In this document: piece by piece, positions 33,367 through 44,035 of the stretch
Numbering within the stretch: the first letter of the stretch is position 1
Layout: each line of letters opens with the position of its first letter
IMG/VR virus record: IMGVR_UViG_2974625447_000001
Coordinates: 1 to 57,807 of that record
Origin: Streptomyces virus Yaboi
Taxonomy: Duplodnaviria > Heunggongvirae > Uroviricota > Caudoviricetes
Strand: one strand, 5' to 3'
DNA: 57,807 nucleotides
Made by a program: the position numbers and the translations under genes
The notes under the pieces: model-generated
Seen by the model: only the letters and a program-made list of their open reading frames with translations
The model's database searches: none
What the model was told of the DNA's origin: nothing

Positions 33367-33665
33367 ACCTGGCTAAGCTTGAAGCCGAGCTATTCTTGCT
33401 CGGTATTTGGAAGAACTTCGAAGAAATGGAAGAAAATCTAACACTAGCCGAACTTGAATCACTGCTAGAATCTAAGAGAGATCAGGATTACCAGCAGAAC
33501 AAGTTCCTCGCGGCGCTAAAGGGAATTGATCTCGAAGACCCTACTGACGAAAAGGCACCGACGTTTGAAGATATTAAGCGTCGAGCAGAAGCCAAGAATC
33601 AGGGGGTCTCTCCAGAGACCCTTGAATTTGCCGAGATTGGCATTGCGATTGAAGAGGGTGACTGA
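33351..33665 (+). CDS. Tail assembly chaperone extension (T), in the -1 frame
   Basis: Open -1 frame (WDNLNLAKLEAELFLLG...) overlapping the end of G; start uncertain. Confidence 0.65.
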   Translation, partial: GWDNLNLAKLEAELFLLGIWKNFEEMEENLTLAELESLLESKRDQDYQQNKFLAALKGIDLEDPTDEKAPTFEDIKRRAEAKNQGVSPETLEFAEIGIAIEEGD

Positions 33666-33667
33666 CA

Positions 33668-36600
33668 ATAGAGAACATTAATATCCGCTTTACTGGTACT
33701 GCGGACTTTAGACAGGCCAATGCACAGATTGAGGCATTGAATGCTCAGCTTGCAGCAATGCAGGCTCAGCTAAGTCGAGCTGCACTACCAGCAATTGCTA
33801 CTGGATTCAGGAACAACGTACGTAATCTTGGCGGCATGGCCGTTGAGACAATGCGCGTTACCTCTGCATCCGAAATGTATACAAAGGCATTGCAGAAGCA
33901 GGAAATTACTCTACGTCAGGCAATTCGTCAGCGTCAGACTTTTAATCAGGTTCTTCGTGAGCAGTATGCATTGAGCAGAGCTGCCGCCGTGCAGTGGACA
34001 AGTAACTCACGCGGCAGCACTCTCGATCTGATCGTTCCTAGAGACGCGCCAGAACGCCTAGGGCGTTTTAGGCAAACACTGGGCGCAGTCCGTGCCGGAA
34101 CTATTTCTACAAACGTAGCGCTGGGCGAAATGGCCATCAAGATGGGTCTCGTGAGTCAGGTGGCAGCGTCCGGCGCAGCCAACATGATCAAGTGGGGTAA
34201 GAACACTCAGTGGGCTGGTCGTCAGCTCATGGTTGGTTTGACAATGCCTGTCGTTGCGGCTGGTGCTGCAATGGGTAAGCTTGCATACGATGTCGAAAAG
34301 GAAATGACACGTATCAACAAGGTTTATGACTTTGCTGCAAGCAAGGATCAGAATGCGGCCAAGTGGGCTCAGGAATCAGCAACTCTACGTGTTAACTCAA
34401 TGAGTGCAGCCCGTACAGCAGCTCAGCAGTATGGTGCCTCAATGACAGATACTCTAAAGGTTGAGGCGAACCTAGCTGCGACTGGTGAAAAGGGTAATGA
34501 ACTAATCGGTAAGACCACAGAGGTTATGCGTCTAGCAACTCTTGGTGAATTCGATTATCAGAAGGCCCTTGAAACGACCATCACATTGCAGTCTGTTTAT
34601 GGCTCAAACACCTCAGAGCTTGCAGAGCAGTTCAACTACATGAATGCGGTTGAAAACGCAACCTCTCTATCAATTGAAGACTTTGCAAAGGCCATTCCAA
34701 AGGTGGCAGCGCCTCTAAAGACTCTTGGTGGAGACATCCAGGACGTTGGTACTTTGCTTGTTGCTATGCGTTCCCGTGGTATCAATGCCGTTGAAGGTGC
34801 TAACGCAATTAAGGCTTCATTTAACCGAGTCCTTAACCCCACCAGGGCTGCCAAGGATCTGTTTGATCAGTTCACCAATCAGTCTCTTGTAGATCTTGTA
34901 AAGGCGACCGGTGGAGATGTAATCCCAACCTTCCAGGCTCTTGAAAAGGCAACAAGAGGGCTGAGCGGTCTACAGAAGCAGCAGCTATTTGGTAAGCTAT
35001 TTGGTACTCAGCAGACGACCCGACTACAGGCAATTGTAGAAGAAATGGGTAACCTTACCGACAACACAACTCAGGTTGGTAAGGCATATGAGCTTGCCGG
35101 TAAGAGTGCGAGTTCTTGGGCGGAGTCAGCTAACCGAGAGATGGAAGCATTGCAGAAGTCTCCATCCGGACGACTAAAGATCGCTATTGAATCCCTAAAG
35201 GTCGAGCTGGCAGAAGCCGGTAAGCCATTCCTTGAAGTGGCCAGCATCATTGTTGGATCAATCACGAAGATTGTTTCTGCCTTCAATGAGCTTCCTGGTC
35301 CAGTAAAGTCATTTGCATCAACAGTGATCATCATTGGTGCAATCGCCGGTCCAATCATTATGCTTACTGGTCTATTCGGCAACCTTCTTGGCCAGGCAGT
35401 AAAGCTTGGTGCTGGAATGCTTGGTCTTGTTTTCAGATTTAGAGCACTCCTGCCAGAGCAGGTTGCATCTCGCCTTGCAGCAATGCAGGCCGGTGCCGCT
35501 ATGCAAACTCAGGCTGGACAAGCAGCCTCTTTGACTGCGGTAATGAATGAACTAACTGCGGCAATTACCAGAGCCACGAGCGCTCAGACTGGATTTAATC
35601 AAACCGCTTTGCGCACTGTAGCGCCTATTCCTGGTGGCGCTGGAGCGCCTGGCCAGAGGCCAGCGACAATTACGACTCCCGTTGTTGGACCAATTACGCA
35701 GACTGCTACTGGTTACCGCGATGCAACCGGTAGAATGATGACACAGGCAGAGGTTCGAAACTGGCAGGCAGCTCAGGGTGCATCTACAACCATTAACCGA
35801 AATGCTGCAAGCACACGTCGTAGCTGGCAGCAGATGGGATCTTCATTCCAGAATGTAGCTATTGCAGCAGGATTCATGGGAGTAATGGCTGCGGATGCTG
35901 ATAGTATGCTTTACACAGTTTCTCAGATTGCCATTGCAGCCGCTCTAATCGGCCCGGCGCTAATTGGTCCCCTTGGAAGATTCGGTGCCGCCATTGGAAC
36001 AATGGTAATGCCTGCTCTAAGATCTGTAGGAACAGCAGCACGAGGAGTATTCGGATCAGTAGCAACTAGAGGATCAGCAGCTTTCGCAGCAATCAGAAGT
36101 TCAGTTGGCGGAGTCGTTGGTGCTCTTGGTGGAGCATCCGCAATTATGGGTACCCTCCTTGCAGTCGGTCTAGCAATTGGTGCAGCTTGGTATGTAATTA
36201 ACAAGAACATCAAGGAGTCCGTCAAGGAGCAGGAGAATATTGAGCGATCCGCAGAAGCCTGGTCAAAGACTCTCGGATTCACTTACACTGAGCAGCAGAA
36301 GATCGTAGCTCAGAACGGTAAGGCAATCAGCTCTATCAATGATCAGATGAACGAGTTCAAGAAGAATAACCAGGACGCTTACAATGACATGCAAAAGTTC
36401 TATGATGCTTCCGAAGCTGAAAAGTGGGCTCGTGCTATTGAAGAGGGAGTAAAGGTTCGTCTTCACGGTGGTACAAAGAGCGCGGCAGAAGAGGCAACCA
36501 GAACTGCTCTTGCCATTATGGGTAAGAAGTTCTCCGCTTCTGAATTTGAGGTCGCCATTAAGGGGCGCTTCGACTTTGATAATGTTGAATCAGTTATCAA

Positions 36601-39600
36601 TAAGAGGCTTCGTGATGCAGCTCAGGACTTCAATGATGCTGCAAATCTAAAGTTTGATCAGTCAAAGTCAGAAAGCTTCGCCAGATTCTTTGCCAACCCT
36701 TCAACCATTCAGCAGAAGGCCGGTGCTGCAATTAGGCAGAATGCCAAGGATCTGTGGGATATTTACGACAATACCCAGGAAGCCGAAAAGAAGAAGGTCT
36801 TTGACAAGATCAATGATGCCGTAAACAGTGAATCAATGGGTCTATTTGAGAAGTACAAGGAGAAGTATTCCTCTGACTTCAAGAAGATGGGAATCGAAAC
36901 ATTCGCTGACTGGACAGCCTATCTAAAGGAAAATGCAAAGGACGGAATTGCTGACTTCGAGATGGGTAAGCTTGGTCTGTCCGAAGCAGAAACACACCGT
37001 GTTCAGCGAGCACTTGATGCAATGAAGGGGTTCAACAAGGAATTCGCAGATTTGCAGGGTATTCCAAAGGGCAAGGCAACAGAGAGCCTAAGCGATCTAA
37101 CTAGCTACATGCCAGAATTGCAGAAAACTGAGCAGGCTCTTATCTCTGTAAAGCAAGCAGAAGACGGCTATTACTCAATGCTTCGTGAGCGCTCTCGTGC
37201 CGGTGTTGAAACATCAAATGCCGAAAAGCTAAACATTCTAAATATGCAGAGGCGTGCCGCTGGTCTTGAAGACGCTACGTCACTTGAGCAGATGTTCCAG
37301 AAGGAAATCGACAAGTCCAGCTCTTCCTTGAAGCAAAACTCAAATGAGTGGGAAGCCAACGCAGATAATGTTGGCCAGTTTACTGATGCCTACAAGAGCG
37401 TGTTTTCAAATACTCAGGATGCCATGTTTGCTCAGGCTGAGCAGATTCTAAACGATCAGATGCAGGGCGAGATTGATGCAATCAATGCTAGGTCAGAAGG
37501 ACGCTCAAAGGCTCTCGACAATGCTCAGGAAAGAGCTGACGACAGATTTGATGCCCGTCAGGAACGCACAGAGGATCGATTTGAAAAGAAGCAGGAAGCT
37601 CTCGATAAGAAATATGAGAAGCGCCAGCGCGCATTTGATAATCGTTGGGAAAAGCTCATGGAGAACCACGACAGAAAGTGGGAAAGAAAGACTGAGCAGA
37701 CCAACAAGTATTACGATGCCAGAATCAAGAAGATCCAGGATGCAATCAAGGCTGAGGAAGAGGCCGAAGCTACTCGTCAGAAGATTTTTGAGGCGGAAAA
37801 GCTAAGAATTCAGCGCGCTGCCGAAATGGCCAACATGAACATCGACTTCAACATGGCCATCAATTCAGGTAACTTGGATGAAGCTGCAAAGATCGGTAAC
37901 AACATGCAGTCCAACCTTGACACCTGGGCAACAGAAGATGCCGCAGAGTCTAGCCAGTCTGCCTCTGAAAAGAAGATTGAAGGACTTAACAACCAGATTA
38001 CTTCAATCGAGGCTGAAAGAGACCGTCGTCTAAAGGTTATTCAGCAGATGGAAGAGGCTGAAAAGAAGCAGCTCCAGAAGCGTAAGCAGCGCGAGCAGGA
38101 TGCTCTAAATGCACAGCGAGAGGCTGCCAATAAGTCATTGCAGATTGCTCGTGAGCGTGCAATGAAGCAGATTCAAATTGAGCGTGAAGCTTATCAGAAG
38201 ATGATTCAGGCTCAAAGAGAAGCTTTGCAGAAGGAGACTCAGGACAAGATCAAGGCGACTCAGCGCAAGTACGAAGCCGCCAAGAGGTCTCTTGAGAATG
38301 AACTTGCCGCCCTAAAGGCATTCGTTCCGAGAAACAAGAAGGAACTTGACGATCATATCAAGAAGGTTGAGCAGGCATACGCAAAGTATGGTGTAAACCT
38401 AAAGGGTAAGGGTAACGACTGGTCCAAGTACATTAAGGACAGGTTGAATGCGAACATCAAGGCCGCCGCTTCTGATTTGAAGAATAAGATCGCGTGGGAC
38501 AAGATTGCTAAGGACGTTGCCAATGAGATCTCCGAAGGCGCTTTTGGTCTAACTATTGGTCAGTTTTCAACCTGGGTATCTAAGGGTACTCTTCCTAAGT
38601 CTGGTCTCAATGAAAAGTCTGGAAAGAACAAGTCTCTAGACTCTCACCATGAGGGCGGTCTAATTGGAGGAAAGGCCGGTGGTAGTGGTCGAACAGGTTA
38701 CTCCGGTGGTCGTGCTCATTCCGAACTAGACATTCGTGCCAAGAGAGGCGAATTCATGATGAAGGACAAGGCTGTGCGCAAGTACGGTATTGACTTCATG
38801 GAAAATGTTAACAAGGGTAACATTGATCCAAATGCAATTGGTGGTTACGGAGACAGCATGGGTCTTGCTGGTCTTCTTGGTGCTGGTATGGCAGGAATGA
38901 TGCAGGCGATGATTCAGGAAGGTATCAAGCAAGGTTCAAACCAGGCTCTGATGTTTGGAATCGACGGAACTGCAATTCCTGGCGCGGCCGGTATGTATGG
39001 TGGAGTAAGTCTATCTGAGGAGCAGCTAAGAAACGCAGCAACCATTATTGGCGTAGGTAAGGGAATGGGTGCAAACCAGAATGACCTTATCGTCTCCATC
39101 ATGACTGCCATGCAGGAGTCCACACTTAGAAATCTAAATTACGGTGACCGTGACTCCCTCGGTCTGTTCCAGCAGCGTCCAAGCCAGGGATGGGGCTCTC
39201 CTGAGCAGATTCTAAATCCTTCTTATGCAGCACGTAAGTTCTTCGAGGGACTTCTTGCAATGAAGGGTAGGGGCAAGCTGCCTCTATGGGAGCAGGCTCA
39301 GAGGGTTCAGCGCTCTGCATTCCCAATGGCTTACGCCAAGTGGGAACAGATGGCACGTGGAGTTGTGGCAGCCACCACATTCCAGGCTTTGCAGGGTAAC
39401 AGCGGATTCCGTCGTCCGGTGAATAGTCCAATTTCTAGGAGCTATGCGAATCACAGTAACCTTCCAAGGGCTACCGACTTTGCCTCTCCTGTAGGAACGC
39501 CAGTCGTATCCGCAATGGGAGGAACAGTAACTACCTCTACTGACCTTCGCGGAAACGGAAATGGTGGATATCGTTCATACGGACGTTATGTTGTTGTTGG

Positions 39601-40039
39601 AAATGGAATGGACAGAACCCTTTATGCTCACCTTAGCAGGAGAACTGCACGAGTTGGACAGCAGGTTCGTCCAGGACAGATTCTTGGTTACTCTGGTAAC
39701 ACTGGTAATTCATCTGGACCTCACCTCCACTTTGAAACATGGAGAAATGGAAGGACTATTCCTCCAGGTTCATTTGGTATTCCAGGGCTTGCTATCGGTG
39801 GAAAGATTAAGTACGACAACACCATTGCCAACCTTCACAAGAATGAGGCGGTTCTAACTGCTCCACTAACGGCAAAGCTGGAGAACGGGATTGACAGAAT
39901 TGACTCCGGATCTGGTAACACATACAATGTGACTATTAATGCCGAAGCCATTAATACTGAAATTGATTTCGAAAAGATCATTACTAAGACTCTCAACAAG
40001 ATCGAGAGCAACAGAGGAAGGAGTAGGGTGATCAAATGA
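33668..40039 (+). CDS. Tape measure protein with C-terminal transglycosylase-like and M23 peptidase domains
   Basis: TP901-like tape measure core; QES...GLFQQRP; HxxxxxxxD...YAHL...GPHLHFE. The frame is open from 33662, upstream of the tracked TTG. Confidence 0.93.
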   Translation: MENINIRFTGTADFRQANAQIEALNAQLAAMQAQLSRAALPAIATGFRNNVRNLGGMAVETMRVTSASEMYTKALQKQEITLRQAIRQRQTFNQVLREQYALSRAAAVQWTSNSRGSTLDLIVPRDAPERLGRFRQTLGAVRAGTISTNVALGEMAIKMGLVSQVAASGAANMIKWGKNTQWAGRQLMVGLTMPVVAAGAAMGKLAYDVEKEMTRINKVYDFAASKDQNAAKWAQESATLRVNSMSAARTAAQQYGASMTDTLKVEANLAATGEKGNELIGKTTEVMRLATLGEFDYQKALETTITLQSVYGSNTSELAEQFNYMNAVENATSLSIEDFAKAIPKVAAPLKTLGGDIQDVGTLLVAMRSRGINAVEGANAIKASFNRVLNPTRAAKDLFDQFTNQSLVDLVKATGGDVIPTFQALEKATRGLSGLQKQQLFGKLFGTQQTTRLQAIVEEMGNLTDNTTQVGKAYELAGKSASSWAESANREMEALQKSPSGRLKIAIESLKVELAEAGKPFLEVASIIVGSITKIVSAFNELPGPVKSFASTVIIIGAIAGPIIMLTGLFGNLLGQAVKLGAGMLGLVFRFRALLPEQVASRLAAMQAGAAMQTQAGQAASLTAVMNELTAAITRATSAQTGFNQTALRTVAPIPGGAGAPGQRPATITTPVVGPITQTATGYRDATGRMMTQAEVRNWQAAQGASTTINRNAASTRRSWQQMGSSFQNVAIAAGFMGVMAADADSMLYTVSQIAIAAALIGPALIGPLGRFGAAIGTMVMPALRSVGTAARGVFGSVATRGSAAFAAIRSSVGGVVGALGGASAIMGTLLAVGLAIGAAWYVINKNIKESVKEQENIERSAEAWSKTLGFTYTEQQKIVAQNGKAISSINDQMNEFKKNNQDAYNDMQKFYDASEAEKWARAIEEGVKVRLHGGTKSAAEEATRTALAIMGKKFSASEFEVAIKGRFDFDNVESVINKRLRDAAQDFNDAANLKFDQSKSESFARFFANPSTIQQKAGAAIRQNAKDLWDIYDNTQEAEKKKVFDKINDAVNSESMGLFEKYKEKYSSDFKKMGIETFADWTAYLKENAKDGIADFEMGKLGLSEAETHRVQRALDAMKGFNKEFADLQGIPKGKATESLSDLTSYMPELQKTEQALISVKQAEDGYYSMLRERSRAGVETSNAEKLNILNMQRRAAGLEDATSLEQMFQKEIDKSSSSLKQNSNEWEANADNVGQFTDAYKSVFSNTQDAMFAQAEQILNDQMQGEIDAINARSEGRSKALDNAQERADDRFDARQERTEDRFEKKQEALDKKYEKRQRAFDNRWEKLMENHDRKWERKTEQTNKYYDARIKKIQDAIKAEEEAEATRQKIFEAEKLRIQRAAEMANMNIDFNMAINSGNLDEAAKIGNNMQSNLDTWATEDAAESSQSASEKKIEGLNNQITSIEAERDRRLKVIQQMEEAEKKQLQKRKQREQDALNAQREAANKSLQIARERAMKQIQIEREAYQKMIQAQREALQKETQDKIKATQRKYEAAKRSLENELAALKAFVPRNKKELDDHIKKVEQAYAKYGVNLKGKGNDWSKYIKDRLNANIKAAASDLKNKIAWDKIAKDVANEISEGAFGLTIGQFSTWVSKGTLPKSGLNEKSGKNKSLDSHHEGGLIGGKAGGSGRTGYSGGRAHSELDIRAKRGEFMMKDKAVRKYGIDFMENVNKGNIDPNAIGGYGDSMGLAGLLGAGMAGMMQAMIQEGIKQGSNQALMFGIDGTAIPGAAGMYGGVSLSEEQLRNAATIIGVGKGMGANQNDLIVSIMTAMQESTLRNLNYGDRDSLGLFQQRPSQGWGSPEQILNPSYAARKFFEGLLAMKGRGKLPLWEQAQRVQRSAFPMAYAKWEQMARGVVAATTFQALQGNSGFRRPVNSPISRSYANHSNLPRATDFASPVGTPVVSAMGGTVTTSTDLRGNGNGGYRSYGRYVVVGNGMDRTLYAHLSRRTARVGQQVRPGQILGYSGNTGNSSGPHLHFETWRNGRTIPPGSFGIPGLAIGGKIKYDNTIANLHKNEAVLTAPLTAKLENGIDRIDSGSGNTYNVTINAEAINTEIDFEKIITKTLNKIESNRGRSRVIK

Positions 40040-40431
40040 TTCTGCCAAAGCCGAGACTGATGCGTTGGAACAATAACGCCATCACGGACCACAACCGTGG
40101 AGAGCTTTCTCTTGACGTAGAGCGAATTGAGAAAAAGCAGCGCATGGTGGATGGCACCATGAGAAAGTACATTGTTGCAGACAAGCGTACTTTTAGTGTG
40201 TCATGGCAGAGTCTTCCACACACTGCTGCCTATACAGTTGATGGTTTCTGGGGTGCAAATGAGATTGAAAATTTCTATAACAACACCCCAGGAGCCTTCA
40301 CACTAGAATTGAGCTATGGAGATGGAACTGTTAAGACTTATTCAGTAATGTTTTCAGATTTTAGCGCCTCTTTGGTGAAGCGAGGGGCTTACGACATGTG
40401 GGAAGTATCTGTAACCTTGGAGCAAGTATAA
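40036..40431 (+). CDS. Distal-tail-like minor tail protein
   Basis: Position after the tape measure gene; 131 aa. Confidence 0.7.
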   Translation: MILPKPRLMRWNNNAITDHNRGELSLDVERIEKKQRMVDGTMRKYIVADKRTFSVSWQSLPHTAAYTVDGFWGANEIENFYNNTPGAFTLELSYGDGTVKTYSVMFSDFSASLVKRGAYDMWEVSVTLEQV

Positions 40432-40432
40432 T

Positions 40433-43400
40433 ATGCAAACGACAACATTTTATGTAAACAAGCAGCTAAAGGAAGGCTTCGCTGTAACAGCAAAGCCTCT
40501 ACTTATTGCTGAGTGGAACCACAACAGATACGCTGGCATTCAGCAAATAGACAATACTCCTTCCGAATACGAAGAGGCAGCGGATAATGAATACTATCCT
40601 GTTCAGTCTATGGTAGATCCTCTTCGTCCATCAAAGAGAGGTATTGCCAAGGCTCGGGCCGGTGTTGAAGGAATTGTCAGCGAATATACAGATCGCCCAA
40701 GCAATGCTCGATTCTATCTTGCAGATGTTGAAGATGTTTACAAGTATTGGTCAAGCCCGGTGGCAAGCAGTCTCATTGGAGGTCTTAATGGATTCACTGT
40801 AACTGTTCGCCCATTTGTAATCTACAAGACCGACTCTTGGACCAACAAGCTTTCATTTCTATTTGAAACCTCCGCCGGATGCTGGCCGGTAGATTATGAT
40901 ATCCAAATCACCACCGATGGAACAACTTGGACAACTGTGGCACAGGACATTATTCCTGATTCTGATGGACGAGTGAACGTCTACAGACAGGCAAATGGAA
41001 CGTGGAGTCAGACTGTTTACAGAGAAAACCCAGTGAAGATCAAGGGCATTCGTCTCCTGGTCAATACGGTTTCTGTACTAAATAAGTATTTGGAAATCAT
41101 TGAGATGTCCGCCAGACTAGAAGTCGATCTCACTCCAACTCTAATGAGTGTTGATTCCAGCTTCACAATGTCAGATGTGAATTTCTTGACCCCTCTTGGA
41201 GCCGCATCTTCAAATACAGCTAGCGTAGAGCTTTCCAACATTGATGGGCGATATGACAACACCAATACGAATTCAATGTTTTATGGTCTAATTGACAAGA
41301 ATGTCAAGATGACATATAGCATTGGAATCGATCAGGCACCGGCCGGTGGAAGCGGATTCAGTTACATTACTCAGTTCACTATGTTTGTAGACGGCTGGCA
41401 GGGCCAGGGATCAGAAACGTGCACAGTGTCACTCAAGGACGCCTCTAAGTTCATGCAGGAGATTAAGCCTCCCAAGATGTTCTTCGAGCAGATGACAATT
41501 GGAAGAATTGTGTGGCAGCTATGTGACGTTATTGGGTTTACCGATTACAAGTACGAGAAAATCGATGACGACAAGGCCACTCTTGTTCCGTATTTTTGGA
41601 CTGATGGAGAAAAGACCATTTGGGAGATTTTTTCCAACTTGGCAGTCACAACTCAATCAGCCATTTACTTCGATGAATTTGGAGTTCTTCAAATTCTAAC
41701 GAGAGATCGAGCTTATAACATCGGAAACCCGGTGGTGTGGCAGCTTGATGGAGTAAAGGACGGAACAAAGCTCCCTGACATTGTTGATCTTTCTCAGACT
41801 TACGACTACGAAGCAAATAATGTGACGGTTCGATACAACAAGACGAGTATTTCTGATATGGTTGGCCGTGTTCCAAAGATGGATGTTGTTTGGCAGCCAG
41901 AGGGAGACGTTGTAATTCGAAGCAGCCAAGTTCGAGAAAGCATGACCAGCAGCCAGATGTTTGTAAGAATCAATGCTGCTGAATCAGCCGTATGGCCATA
42001 TGAGGGCATCATCGAGGTTGAGGGTGAACTTATGCGATATCGAGGAAAGGGCTATGGATATTACAACAAGAGCAGGGTCCTCACCTTCAAGGAAATTCAT
42101 TCTGCTGATGAAAAGAAGCAGGTGGATGAGGAGCTTTCACACCCCGAGCTGAGATTCAAGAACTACTTTAATGGATGGTTTAGAATTGTTGAAAGAGGTC
42201 TGTGGAATACGAATCCCGCATCTCATTCAGTGGACGCCAACGGTTACTATGTCAAGGTTGCCAATTACATTGGTAATTACAAGACATGGACAGGTGGATT
42301 TGTTCACAACAAGGACCAGTCAACCATCAGCTTGAAGGCCACAAAGAACACTCACGCAAATACATGTTATGTCGCCAGCCGAGGAAGCTCATCAGATAGA
42401 AACATTTGGTACGTAGGCACCAGGCTTCGTTTCAGAGACTCTGGATACTCTAAGGGAGAGGCAGGAATCGCATTCAATCTCGGCGATAAGGATGCTGGTT
42501 ACTACCTTGAGCTTACTAGAACAGATAGATTGCCTAGCGGCCGAAAGTATCAGAACGAGGTCAGCTTCTTTGTTCGAAGAAGTAATGGAAAGATCGAGAG
42601 GTTCGGACCAAATGCAGGAAAGGGAGTAGCAATGGCTATCTCTAAGAATGTCTGGTACGACATTGACATCGCAATTCGAATGGAGAACGGTGTTTATGGA
42701 GATGCTGGTGCCTATGTCGGTCATATCATTCAGGTGAGCATTAACGGTAACTCTGTAATGACATTCCGAGTGCCCCGAGAAAAGAAGCTTTCATTGACTT
42801 CTAGATTCGGAGTATTCACGAAGGGCTTTACTCATGCTGACTTCGAATATCTATATGGAAATGGAACAACTGAGGATCTGCGACTTGACACGAGCAATAT
42901 GTTCGACAGAATTCGTGGTGGAATTGTTGCAACTCAAGCTGATCGTGAATGGGTATACAGGACGAGATGGGTCAGCAGAATTATCAAGAAGCGCTACAGG
43001 AAAGTCATTGACAAGTACGCACAGCGATTCTTTGATGACTTTGGCCCAATCAGCCACGAAGTGAGAGAATTTGATGTCTCATTTGAGAAGTATCCAGCGG
43101 TCCATTCAAACATCTACTTCTCAAACACTACACAAGTAGCCTGTCCTGAGTATTCAGCAGATCCATTTGGTGCTAAGTTTATTCTGGCCAATACATACAG
43201 ATCAAACGCGGTGGTGAATGGAGAGGATACACTAACCTTTGGAGCTGATAATCCTGTTACTCAACAGATGATGATTTATGGTAGAACAGTGAATAAGGAA
43301 GACGAGAAAACTGTTGTATCAAAGAATGAGGACGCAATCCGTCGCCGTGGATCTGTTGAGACTGAAATTCAATCCGAGTGGATTCAGACGGAGGCGGCTG

Positions 43401-43630
43401 CAAAATCTCTTGCTGACTGGGTAACTCATCATTGGGCAAATGGATGCGATGAGGTGGAAGCGACAATCTTTGGTAACCCATTGATTCAGCTTGGAGACAT
43501 TGTATCTATCAATTACCCACAGAAGAATTTCAATCCTGTAACACACAGGTACTTTGTTGTAGGAATTCGAAGAGGGTACAACGGAGGGTTCGATGATACT
43601 GAACTCACCCTGCGTCGTGTAAAGGCTTAA
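40433..43630 (+). CDS. Baseplate hub / large minor tail protein
   Basis: 1065 aa; C-terminal GNPLIQLGDIV hub-like motif. Confidence 0.8.
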   Translation: MQTTTFYVNKQLKEGFAVTAKPLLIAEWNHNRYAGIQQIDNTPSEYEEAADNEYYPVQSMVDPLRPSKRGIAKARAGVEGIVSEYTDRPSNARFYLADVEDVYKYWSSPVASSLIGGLNGFTVTVRPFVIYKTDSWTNKLSFLFETSAGCWPVDYDIQITTDGTTWTTVAQDIIPDSDGRVNVYRQANGTWSQTVYRENPVKIKGIRLLVNTVSVLNKYLEIIEMSARLEVDLTPTLMSVDSSFTMSDVNFLTPLGAASSNTASVELSNIDGRYDNTNTNSMFYGLIDKNVKMTYSIGIDQAPAGGSGFSYITQFTMFVDGWQGQGSETCTVSLKDASKFMQEIKPPKMFFEQMTIGRIVWQLCDVIGFTDYKYEKIDDDKATLVPYFWTDGEKTIWEIFSNLAVTTQSAIYFDEFGVLQILTRDRAYNIGNPVVWQLDGVKDGTKLPDIVDLSQTYDYEANNVTVRYNKTSISDMVGRVPKMDVVWQPEGDVVIRSSQVRESMTSSQMFVRINAAESAVWPYEGIIEVEGELMRYRGKGYGYYNKSRVLTFKEIHSADEKKQVDEELSHPELRFKNYFNGWFRIVERGLWNTNPASHSVDANGYYVKVANYIGNYKTWTGGFVHNKDQSTISLKATKNTHANTCYVASRGSSSDRNIWYVGTRLRFRDSGYSKGEAGIAFNLGDKDAGYYLELTRTDRLPSGRKYQNEVSFFVRRSNGKIERFGPNAGKGVAMAISKNVWYDIDIAIRMENGVYGDAGAYVGHIIQVSINGNSVMTFRVPREKKLSLTSRFGVFTKGFTHADFEYLYGNGTTEDLRLDTSNMFDRIRGGIVATQADREWVYRTRWVSRIIKKRYRKVIDKYAQRFFDDFGPISHEVREFDVSFEKYPAVHSNIYFSNTTQVACPEYSADPFGAKFILANTYRSNAVVNGEDTLTFGADNPVTQQMMIYGRTVNKEDEKTVVSKNEDAIRRRGSVETEIQSEWIQTEAAAKSLADWVTHHWANGCDEVEATIFGNPLIQLGDIVSINYPQKNFNPVTHRYFVVGIRRGYNGGFDDTELTLRRVKA

Positions 43631-43666
43631 TTTTGCTTTGAGCAATAGCTCATATATAATTGCTTC

Positions 43667-44035
43667 ATGAGCATTAACAGCAATCAAGTCATCAAGAAGC
43701 CTGATATTGTCATCAACCCCAACTTCTTTCTTCCACCTGGGGTTGTTGACGCACGTTATCCTGATGGCGTAGAGGTCGATCAAGAAGAGACCACCGACGT
43801 AATTGACACTGATGATGTCATTGATGTTGATAGCGATTCTCTTTCAGAGGTCGATGAACCGGAAGAAACCGGCGAAGACAATGACACATCAGTTCTCCTT
43901 CCTCCTGACACAGTAGTTGTTGTTAGCCAGACGATAAGGGTTGGCGAAAATGGTCAGCAGGTCGTAGATGTAATTCTGGAAGTTCCAGATGTTGATGAAT
44001 CTATTCAGATTGACGTTAGGATGACAAAGGTATGA
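43667..44035 (+). CDS. Acidic minor tail-associated protein
   Basis: Leaderless start; D/E-rich. Confidence 0.65.
   Translation: MSINSNQVIKKPDIVINPNFFLPPGVVDARYPDGVEVDQEETTDVIDTDDVIDVDSDSLSEVDEPEETGEDNDTSVLLPPDTVVVVSQTIRVGENGQQVVDVILEVPDVDESIQIDVRMTKV

Noticed and set aside
37300-38400. Repetitive Q/E/K/R-rich segment in the tape measure gene
   Set aside because: Protein-level coiled-coil periodicity with no exact DNA repeat seen.
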